DNA from: Paraspadella gotoi
Taxonomy: Eukaryota > Animalia > Chaetognatha
Assembly: GCA_051294375.1 (NCBI GenBank)
Contig: CM119271.1
Span: 2,879,929 to 2,943,928, forward strand
Length of the DNA stretch: 64,000 bases
Reading direction: 5' to 3'
Every line of letters begins with the position of its first letter. Position 1 is the stretch's first letter. The position numbers and the translations under genes were made by a program. Positions 53,865 to 64,000 of the stretch are shown here, piece by piece. The notes beneath the pieces were generated by a model. It ran no database searches. It was not told the origin of the DNA and saw only the letters and a list, made by a program, of their open reading frames with translations.

Positions 53865-53941
53865 GCGAAGACTTTTTCATCATCACTGAAGGAACGGCGA
53901 AAGTTTTTCAAAGAAAGTCAGAGGATCCCGATTCGGACGAG
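53865..53941 (+). CDS. PRKAR1: PKA-RI CNB-B exon
   Basis: (G)EDFFIITEGTAKVFQRKSEDPDSDE; CAG/GTAAAA sites; phase matches the previous exon. Confidence 0.92.
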
Positions 53942-54392
53942 GTAAAAGGTCCCAACGAACCAAGAAATAATTTGATTATTGATCAAATGACTCCCTAACA
54001 AGTATTGAAGACTAGGGCTGAAAGTAATATATAACCTTGTGTTGTATAAACGCTCCCTATGTTTCCATTACATTAATAAATATCAAATAAATCAAATGGT
54101 AATTAAATTAATAATTATGTTTAATATGTTAAACCTTTTATATTCGTTTATATAGTCTAATTTAGTTCGTAGAAGAAACATATAAAACAAGAAATTGGAT
54201 TGAAAACCACTCATAAAAAATTGTTTTCTGTTTTGTTTTTAAAAAAACACTAAACAAAATTGATTCTTTCTTATGATTTTCTTTTTTTTTCTTCTTTTTT
54301 TTTTCTTTGCTTTTGTCGTTAATTCTTATCGTCTTTGTTCTCGTCGTCGTTATCGTTTATGTCGCTTGTCCTCTTTCGCTCGTCGTGTTCAG

Positions 54393-54515
54393 TCGTGGGA
54401 ATGGTGGCCAAGCTGAGGATTCCTTCCGACTACTTTGGCGAAATCGCTCTCCTTTCTGCGGACAGACCCCGAGTGGCCTCCTGTCATTTTCCGCTCCAAG
54501 GACCGACCCTTCAAG
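54393..54515 (+). CDS. PRKAR1: PKA-RI CNB-B phosphate-binding cassette exon, frameshifted as assembled
   Basis: PSDYFGEIALL..DRPRVAS is readable, but indels break the frame at both ends; CAG/GTGAGT sites. Confidence 0.85.
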
Positions 54516-55711
54516 GTGAGTTGGCACTGGTGGCCATGGGCGAATTGGGATGGTGGGCAGGGCAGTGCCGAAGTGCCGGCGCAGGTTTAAAAAAAAGGGA
54601 GGTGAGTTAACGCGATGAGTCGGGAACGGGTTAACGGGAGAGATCGCGTTAGTACTTAGCGTCATTATGAGTAAGAGGCGTGACTAGGGAAGAAGGCGGA
54701 CGGGAGAAAGCGTGACGCGTCGTAGAAGCGTGAAAGTCTGATGGAAAAAGCATTTGCGTGGTGGGTGTGATCGAAGGCTTAAAAGAGTGTCGGAGTGTTG
54801 GACCGTTTGGTGTGGCGTCACGTCGCGTTGACCCGAGAGGCTAATCGGATTCGATCTTTCACCGTCGATATCTCTTGAGCGAGGAGTCGAGGAGTCGAGA
54901 GCTTAGATTCCTTCTTATCGTTGATGTGATGACGTCAATAACTATCGCTTAGTATATAAAAACATTGAACAACATTTTAAAACGTTAAAAAATAATCTAT
55001 CGCTTCATTGATGAAGACGCCGGGTTCTCCGGGAGTAATTAAATTAGTCTGTGTTACACTGTTACACTGTTACACTGTTNNNNNNNNNNNNNNNNNNNNN
55101 NNNNNNNNNNNNNNNNNNNNNNNNNNNNNNNNNNNNNNNNNNNNNNNNNNNNNNNNNNNNNNNNNNNNNNNNNNNNNNNNNNNNNNNNNNNNNNNNNNNN
55201 NNNNNNNNNNNNNNNNNNNNNNNNNNNNNNNNNNNNNNNNNNNNNNNNNNNNNNNNNNNNNNNNNNNNNNNNNNNNNNNNNNNNNNNNNNNNNNNNNNNN
55301 NNNNNNNNNNNNNNNNNNNNNNNNNNNNNNNNNNNNNNNNNNNNNNNNNNNNNNNNNNNNNNNNNNNNNNNNNNNNNNNNNNNNNNNNNNNNNNNNNNNN
55401 NNNNNNNNNNNNNNNNNNNNNNNNNNNNNNNNNNNNNNNNNNNNNNNNNNNNNNNNNNNNNNNNNNNNNNNNNNNNNNNNNNNNNNNNNNNNNNNNNNNN
55501 NNNNNNNNNNNNNNNNNNNNNNNNNNNNNNNNNNNNNNNNNNNNNNNNNNNNNNNNNNNNNNNNNNNNNNNNNNNNNNNNNNNNNNNNNNNNNNNNNNNN
55601 NNNNNNNNNNNNNNNNNNNNNNNNNNNNNNNNNNNNNNNNNNNNNNNNNNNNNNNNNNNNNNNNNNNNNNNNNNNNNNNNNNNNNNNNNNNNNNNNNNNN
55701 NNNNNNNNNNN

Positions 55712-55782
55712 TCGGTCCCTGCGCCGACATCCTCAAGCGAAACATCTCACACTATCACAGTCACGTGACTCTTGAGACGTGA
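55712..55782 (+). CDS. PRKAR1: PKA-RI last exon (5' part hidden in the gap)
   Basis: GPCADILKRNISHYHSHVTLET* matches RI [23 protein letters not shown]. Confidence 0.93.
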
Positions 55783-56130
55783 AAAGAAAAAACTTTGAAA
55801 AGAAAAAAATAATATTTGGCGAAAATAAATTGACTTTAAAAAAAAATGGAAAGAAGGAAAGAGAATAAAATTGAAAAAGAAAAAGAAAAACTCAAAAAAT
55901 TTCAAATACCTGAAAAATGTATCATGAATTACCTCCGTATTATTAATACGATTTTTACATTAATCAATCTTTCGGACCGGGCTATTTTCCTTTTACTTAC
56001 TTTCTTCCTTGACAGAGAAGATATTTTTTTCTTTTTTCATCAATATTTTTCTTATTCTCTTTTTCTCACTTTTTTTCTCACAATTTTATCAACTTTCCGC
56101 TCACTGAATCTTTCCTTTTCACCTCTGAAA

Positions 56131-56163
<33 letters not shown>

Positions 56164-57161
56164 NNNNNNNNNNNNNNNNNNNNNNNNNNNNNNNNNNNNN
56201 NNNNNNNNNNNNNNNNNNNNNNNNNNNNNNNNNNNNNNNNNNNNNNNNNNNNNNNNNNNNNNNNNNNNNNNNTCATTCAAATTTCCAGAACAACGGATTC
56301 TTTTTTTAAACCTAAAATACATTAAATGTGGGTTACATTAATTAATTCACGAGGGTCGCTTGAGACGAATATAGATTGTAATGAACTGCATTGTACGATG
56401 TACAGTACAAAACGCATATTGCCATTCCCTGCTCCCCCTCTCTTTGAATTTCGGCACAATTATATCCTCCAATTTGGTTTTTATAAAAATCCTTTGTAAA
56501 TTTAAGAAAGTGCTTTTAGTTTTGTGTACTGAATTTAAAAAAAAAATTACTATCAAAATTGTGTTGTTAGTCGCTATGTTCGTTTATGTGTTTTTAATAA
56601 ACGATTAAACTCGATTCGTCTTTCTTATCAGTTGTGATAGTTTAATTCTGTCATAAACGATTAAACTTGATTCGTCTCTTTTATCAGTTGTGATAGTTTA
56701 ATTTTGTCATTTTCTTTTCCATTACTGCGGTTGTTATTCTCTCGTCAGAATACGTAAACTTTTTTGTCAATTATTATACATTCTATTTTTTTTCTTGAGT
56801 CGCTATATTTTACGTTGAGCTAATTTCTTTTAACGTTGAAATATGAAAAAAAAACTCTTTATATTCTAGTCCTCTCACACATCGTAATCGAAGTCAAATG
56901 TCACATATCAGAAAATCATTTCCGGTAAAAAAAGAACTTAGACAACCGGTTTTTTTTCTCTCTCCTTGTATAAATGGTTCGCCTTGTAGTTCGTAAAAAT
57001 CGTTTAACGACGAGACTATAAAACAAATCTATAAAACAAATCTATGAGCCGTGTTTACATGTTTAGTTTGTGTATTGTTTATATTTGTAAAAAAAATGAC
57101 GAATCTAATGCCGTTATTTGCCATCTTTCTTGTTGTAATGAAACTGCCTCTCTCTCTCTCA

Positions 57162-57216
<55 letters not shown>

Positions 57217-57960
57217 TTTTGCTGCTCCTTGCATTTCAATATTTTTTTTCAAAAAATATGATTAAAAATCATAGAATTAAAATTTATTGTCATTTTCCAG
57301 ATGTTAATAAAAAAAAACCCAGTGACTTCCAAATCTTTCTTTTTTTCTTTTTTTTTTTGTTTGAAATGAAATTATATTTTGAAGACGTAACATTAGTTAT
57401 TTAGTAAATAATAATCGCTGAAAAATATTCTCTCTCGACCGATGATTCGTGTCGGCTGTAAAGTGCGATTTACAACTACGCGCTAATGTCCCCCCCCCCG
57501 GCATACGGCTGAGTCCCTTTGGGATCGAAAAGGGGGAATTGATCCTAAAATATCAAAATATAAATTATCGATTTCTTTCGGGGAGAAAATAATAAAAAAG
57601 AAATTAATAAACGATATCAACTTGGTTAATCGAAACGTTAATCCATTCGTTACTGAGTACATCCGTTCAATTTACTAAACGTCTTTTCAAATTCGATCCA
57701 AGTATAAACGCACGAAATTCCATCGACGACGACGACGACCACGACGACGAAAACGACGACGACCACGACGACGACGACATGGATAAATGTCATTTTCATA
57801 TTTCTCTATATTCGAAATTGTTCTCATGTTCTCGTCTCTCTGTTTCTAAATTTGCTTTTGTTTTTTTTTAAAAAAAGGATAATTTCGATTTCCGTCTGAT
57901 CGCCTCGAATCTTATTCTAAAAAAAGGCGTTGAAACTAGAGGATGGAACCGGAGGCGCCG

Positions 57961-58032
57961 GCCGGAGCGGCGTCGCGGGTAGCGTGCTTGATTCGGGAGG
58001 GCCCAGGCTGTCGGGTTCGAATCCGGTTGAGG
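57961..58032 (+). mobile_element. tRNA-derived SINE head or tRNA pseudogene
   Basis: Perfect B box GGTTCGAATCC and degenerate A box CGGCGTCGCGGGTAGCG; no intact acceptor or anticodon stem. Confidence 0.55.
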
Positions 58033-58090
58033 AAATGAGGAAAGTTGATAGATTTGATTCGAATCGGGGTTCGATGCGAGGAATTTGAAA

Positions 58091-58248
58091 GGCTTTGTTT
58101 TCCCAAAGCACCCAGTTTCATTTTTTTAATTTGGGTTAAAAAAATTATGGTTAAGGATTAGGGATTGGGTCGTGGGTTTTGTAATAGATTAGGGTTAGAG
58201 AATTAGGGTTAATGAACGGAAACGGGGGCGATTTTGGAAAACAGAGCC
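58091..58248. mobile_element. MITE with ~28-bp TIRs enclosing a degenerate telomere-like (TTAGGG) array
   Basis: GGCTTTGTTTTCCCAAAGCACCCAGTTTC ... GAAACGGGGGCGATTTTGGAAAACAGAGCC. Related copies at ~20630-20903, ~32728-33398 (interrupted) and ~63060-63195. Confidence 0.6.
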
Positions 58249-58933
58249 GATCCTTAGACTTCATCGCATCGATATAACCGCCATCGATTGACGATTGTAG
58301 CTACAACAACGACGACGACGACGACGACAAAAAAACATGAATAATAACCCGAGGAAAAAAGATCGAATAACAAAGTGGAAATCTTTCTTCGCGTGACCCG
58401 AGAGACGTAGACGACGGGAACGACGAGGACGACGACAACGACGACGACGATAACAACAACAAAAATTATATATAAAAAAAACCTCGATGATTACGACGAC
58501 GACGAAGACGACGACGACGACGACGACGACTACGGAAGGAAACCGCAAGAGATGAAGGTCGTCCGGACAACCGGACAACCGGACAACCGGACGGCCGGAC
58601 AGAAAACCCGGGGATCGAAAACCTTTCGAAATAAAAATGGATGTTTTATTTGGGAAGAAAGAAAGAAAAAAAAAGAAAAAAAAAGAAAGAAGAAAACAGA
58701 AATAAAAACGGGAGAAAGAGAAAACGAAACGTCGCGTATAATATTTTGTTGTTTTTTTTCGTCGACGAGATGTGATTTTTTTTCCCTTTTTTTTTTCAGT
58801 TTTCTGGTTGTCACCTCGTGACAGCGATGAAAGTAGAACTGTGATTCGCTCTGGTGAAGATTTAGATAGTTTTTTCTCTTTCGCATCGCGGCTCTCTCTC
58901 TCTCTCCTCTCTCTCTCTCTTCTCTCTCTCTCG

Positions 58934-58967
<34 letters not shown>

Positions 58968-60279
58968 CTCCACCTTGTTTCCGTAACGCAGAAAAAAACA
59001 AAAAAAAACCCAAAAAAAATCAAGTTCTTCACACCCCCCCCAACTTGTCTTCACGCTCTTTATATTTAGATTCGAGTTGTTTTTAATTCTTGGCGCGAGA
59101 CTCCAACCATTTCAAATATTTAAAGGCTCCGGACTTTTTCATTCCGCTTCGAGAAAGGCGCGGTTTTTAAATTCCTCCAATTTAACCAACCCACCCGAAA
59201 AAAAAGGTAAGGTTTTTGTTTGGGGTTTTTTTTTCTTATGTTTTCTCGTTCTTTTATTTTAGGGTTCCTATTTTTTTTTAATCGGATTTCGGGTGAAAAG
59301 CGAAAAATAACTTTTGGTTTGTTTTTTTTGCCAATAAAATAAAACATTTTCTTTCGAGGAATCTAGATTGTGGTCGGAATGGACCGATACGCCCGAATTA
59401 ATTCGTGTACATCTTGAGACTAAACATTAAAGAATCGGTTTTTTCTTAACTTCAACAAAATCGTTACTTGCATTTACGTCCGTTGAAGCTAATAAGACGC
59501 AATAAGACGCTTTTCGGTCGGTCTATCCGTCTGTCTGTCTGATCTGACAGTCTATTGATAGAAAAACGTTTCATTTTTGAACTTAATATGAAAATGAGGA
59601 AAATTTGAAAGAGGAGGTAAAAAATAAAGTACTGTAAATTAGCGAGCGCTTTTTGAGTAATTTGAAGTAAGTAAGTTAAAAGCGCTACGACGGATTGAAG
59701 TCTGGATTCATCATCACCGTTTTGCTATCGAAAAAAAAATATTTGCTTCTTCCCGCGAAAACAAAAATATGCTGAAAAAAACCTCGTATGATATTGAAAA
59801 ATCAGTGACTCGAAAAAATACATAACTTTTTCCTTGAGCAAATCCAAGGTCGGGCCAAAGGAAACTTGAAAAGAAAGGGGGGGGGGTAAATCCCGAGAGG
59901 AAAACAAAAGAATCACAAAAGTCGATTCTTCACTGGTTTTTCTCGTGAATTCACGACGACGATGATGATGATGATGATGATTTATGTTGTTGACCTCGAT
60001 TTCGGAAGAGGCTTACCCGGTCTTACCCGTGACTTTGTTTTTTTCAAATACTCGTTATTTATTTTTAAAGAATGGCTTATTAAACTTACCCAACCTTTTT
60101 TTATCTCGTGTTTCCTTCTTTGCATTCCGACTTTTCACATACTCATATCTTTACCCACTTTGCGACAGTTCAGCCGTGCAACGCTTATAGAGAACAGGAA
60201 ACATCTTTTACATCGCAATAAAAATATTGAAATATATATTATATATATATATATATATGTATATATACCAAATATGCAT

Positions 60280-62209
60280 TACACTGTTTTTTTTAACAAT
60301 GCAGTCGAAAATTTTCACAATCCTGTACAGTTTTCTAGTATAATTTTAAGTGCTTAAAACGATTACAAGGTGTCCTCAATCAGATTTTGCGTTAGACCTA
60401 CGCACAATTGACCGGAAGTTGACGTTGGCTACAACATGGAATTTTTCTCTTTCTTTAATTGCAAGATAAGAAATAGTTTTATAAAAATAATATATGCCTA
60501 AATTTGAAGTTATTCTCATTATTTAATAAGTTTTACTTAAATTTTTTTTTATAAAAGGTTCTTACCCATAGTGGGGCGTGTCCATAACCGGAAATGACGC
60601 TCAAAAACTGATAAATACGCAATAGAGAGATAAAGAGAGAGAGCAAAATACAAAAGAACTGCCTTGAAAAATGATTTGTTCATAAGAATCAAAAATATTA
60701 GCATGAAAGTAATAAAAATGAACTAAATATTTTGTTATTCCTTATCAAACAATAAAATATTTAATAATTTTATATTGCTGTATTATTTATTATAATGAAA
60801 CTTGATATACTCAAGGTTTGAATAAGAATCGTTTTACTTCTAAAACCCTTGGGACTAAAGTTAAATGAAACTAAATAGAAAAAAACTAATTAATAAAGTT
60901 TATACAGCTTATTAAAACTGATCTTATATTTGTATCAGATTTTAAACAGTGAACATGTTTTAAACTTTTAATTCAAGTCTTCATCCACATTTATGAATTG
61001 TCAACAGTTTTTTACTTCACAAGAAATATTTGGGAGAGAGAGGAGAGAAAGGAACAGAGAGTAAGAATTAGGTGAGAGTAAGGGAAGAGAGAGAGAGAGA
61101 AAGAGAAAGAAAGAGAGAGAGAAAAATGTTCAACAAAGATTTGTGAAAAGGATAGAGGTCGAGGTGAAGACAGGTTAGGTTTAGGCCAGAGAAGAGAGAG
61201 ATAGAGATAGGTATTGAAAAAAAAAAACATTTTCACTGTTTTAAAGAAAATGTTGCTTGAACTACTCAAACTCTTTCCAATTCAAAAACGCGACGAAAGA
61301 AAGGATTTCACATAATGGGTATAAATGATAATTTTTTTATTGCTGGATTGAAGATTTTTTTAAGGAAAAAGAAAAGAAAATTATAAATCGGATTAACTTT
61401 ATGATGCATGGATATTGTTCTCTTCTCCTTCACTTAGAAAAACTTAAAACAGGGTATTCCCTCTAAAGATTTACATAAAACTTTATGAAAAAAGGGTCTA
61501 ACTCCGGCTATAGTTTTTAAATTATAGAATTAAATTAAAAAATTAGCAAAGTCTCATTAATGAATGAAATTGAAATGAAATTTTAAATATTTACAGTTAT
61601 CGTTATTTCCTTTCGTTTCGTTGTGTTTGGGATGATAGAAAACGTTTTTAGATTGATCAAAATTAATTCAAAATCGTTGTTTGATCAATCTAAAAACGTT
61701 TTCTATAATATTTACAGTTAAAGTTAAAAGTCCTTTGGCTATTAAAAAACAAACTTTTTAAGATGTAATATTTGATAAATATGATAAGATTTTTTTATGA
61801 TATGGATGATAATCCTTTGTTATAAAGCTGTCATATAACAGTAAAAAACCATTAGCAGTCAGAATAGATCAAAAACTTTTAATAATACATATTTAATTGA
61901 TTATCGAGCACTATTTCCGGTTTGGGACACGCCCACTATTGATGAAAACCCTTTTTGAACATTTTTTGTCTAAGTCTACTTATTAAATAATTATACTAAT
62001 TGCGAGATAAGTAAAAACAACTGCCTAACTTTTCATTTGTAGTAAATTCCATTTGTAGTCCACGCCAACTTCCGGTAAATTGTGCGTAGGTCTAATGCAA
62101 AATCTGATTGACGACACCTTGTTAATCGTTTTAAGCACTTAAAATTATACTAGAAAACTGTACAGGATTGTGAAAATTTTCGAATGCATGGTTAAAAAAA
62201 AACAGTGTA
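60280..62209. mobile_element. Non-autonomous DNA transposon with long (~340 bp) imperfect TIRs and an 8-bp TSD
   Basis: ATATGCAT|TACACTGTTTT...AAAACAGTGTA|ATATGCAT. Outer ~150 bp of the TIRs nearly identical; no transposase ORF. Confidence 0.85.
61636..61705. repeat. Perfect 26-bp inverted repeat with an 18-nt spacer
   Basis: TAGAAAACGTTTTTAGATTGATCAAA / TTTGATCAATCTAAAAACGTTTTCTA. Confidence 0.9.
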
Positions 62210-63886
62210 ATATGCATTGTCTTAATAATGAGAAAATATCGTTGTTGACGACAAAATAAAACTTCTTTTTTAACCAACCGACGACTCACGTCTCCTTGAC
62301 TTACCACGCGGTTAACCCTACACACATCGATCCTCCCTCACCTCGCCCTACCTCCCTCCCCCCTCCCTCCTACCTCCCCCTACCTCCCCCCTACCTCCCC
62401 CCTCGAGGCCTCCTCGACGACACGTTCCGAGATGATTAATCTTTTTTTCATTAATTCTTTCCTTCCTTTTTCCTCCTTTCTTTTTCTTATTTTCCTTCCT
62501 TTTTTTTTCTTTACTTCCTTTTTTTTTCTTCCTGTTTTCCTTCCCTGGCATGACGTCTGCCTTCGGCTTATTTCAAAGCGACAATCGATTAATTGATTAA
62601 TAGGATCGAAGAACATCGCAGTATTTTTTTTATATTGATTATGAAATATTGATACAAGATTTTTGAGAAAATTAAATTTGCCTTCTTTTTTTTTCGAAAG
62701 AAAAGATGAAAAAGTTTTTCTTTCTTTACATCAAGTCTTTCTCGCATTTACGTCACCGTTGCTGTCATTGTGTGGTCTTGTCTCTCTCTCTCTCTCTCTC
62801 TCTTCTCTCTTCCTCTCTCTCTCGTCTCTCCCCGCTCTCGCTCTCGTAATTTTTTTTTTAATTTTAATCTTAGTTCGAGTTCTTGTCGTTACTACAAGCT
62901 ACTTTCAGCATAATCAATGAAAAAAATTCTTTATTTCAAAACCATGAAACTTTTAAAACACCATGAAACACCTACGCACTCTTTTTCACTCTAGGCGGCA
63001 GGATAATCCAAAACTAATTCTCTTAAACACATTTCCACACTTTGAAAGAGCTTTTGAATCGCTATTTTTCAAAAGCGCCCAATTTTTTTTTTCTAATCCC
63101 TCTACTTTAATTCAACCCTGATATCTAAACCTAATATTTTTTTTCAAAATGATTGATCTAATCTCTAATTTTAATCATTCAGAAAATATGGCCAAAATTG
63201 AAATACACGGAAACTTTAACTAATAATTAATAATTAATAATTAATAATTATCCATCAATTCCGAAGTTTTCGGTCCTTGATTTTCATGACGATTCAACCA
63301 AAGTTTTCTTCATTAATCATCACGTCTGTCGTCTAATTTTCCGTCTGTCTGTATTTCCGCCCGTCCTGCTACTCAAACAACTATTTCGGCCTATTCGTTA
63401 GGAATTGATGTCCTTTCAATATTAATGCTGTCAATACTGTCAATTATGTCAATGCCGTTAGTACCATTTATGAGTGCTAGCGACTATCATTCGTGATCAG
63501 TTGTGTGCCCAAGGTTCTGTTATATTTTAATTTTCGTTTTAATCTTTCTTTTTTTTTTTGCCTCGAGCGCTTAACTCCTTGATGTCGTCTTTTTAATTAC
63601 GCTGTTGTTGTTATCCTTGTTGTTGTTGTTGTTGTTGCCTTTGCTAATCAGAGTTTCGTTCTTCCTTTTGTTACTTTCTGATTTTCGTGCAAATTCATAG
63701 AGTGAGATAGAGACAGAGAGAGAGACATAGAAACCGAGAAAGAGACAGAGAGAAAAACAGAAAGAGAGAGAAAGAGAGAGAGTTTTCTCTCTATGTTTTC
63801 TCTCATCCTTCTCTCTCTCTCTCTCTCTCTTTTCTCTCCTCTCCTCTCACTCTGCCCCACTCTCTCTTTCTTGTTCTCTCTTCTCT

Positions 63887-63991
<105 letters not shown>

Positions 63992-64000
63992 TCTCTCTCT

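Noticed and set aside
55008-55775. Long ORFs spanning N-runs (also near 35.9, 38.6, 45.1, 46.4 and 56.2 kb)
   Set aside because: Open only because N codons contain no stops.

Overview
Eukaryotic (probably invertebrate animal) draft genomic DNA. It is AT-rich and saturated with (AG)n, (ACG)n, (AAT)n and (AAAG)n microsatellites, with many N-gaps and stretches that look like unpolished long-read fill. Almost all ORFs in the supplied track are microsatellite artefacts. Supported content: (1) an intronless synaptophysin/MARVEL-type gene (2591-3211, minus); (2) a U1 snRNA gene (11715-11876, minus); (3) a multi-exon type I PKA regulatory subunit gene on the plus strand (~25.4-55.8 kb), with its linker/inhibitor exons present twice, no visible D/D-domain exon, one CNB-A exon missing and one frameshifted exon; (4) many non-autonomous transposons. 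The most striking object is a young ~645-bp miniature LTR retrotransposon (TRIM, 8383-9027) with PBS, PPT and a 4-bp TSD, whose two LTRs each carry a tRNA-Gly-like cloverleaf/Pol III promoter inside a highly structured RNA. It is nested in a TTAA-flanked Kolobok-type element and followed by a second tRNA-bearing TG..CA-bounded unit. Phase-compatible upstream exons also suggest an N-acylated (MGGVC), D/D-less PKA-RI isoform. All calls were made by eye, without alignment or folding tools.
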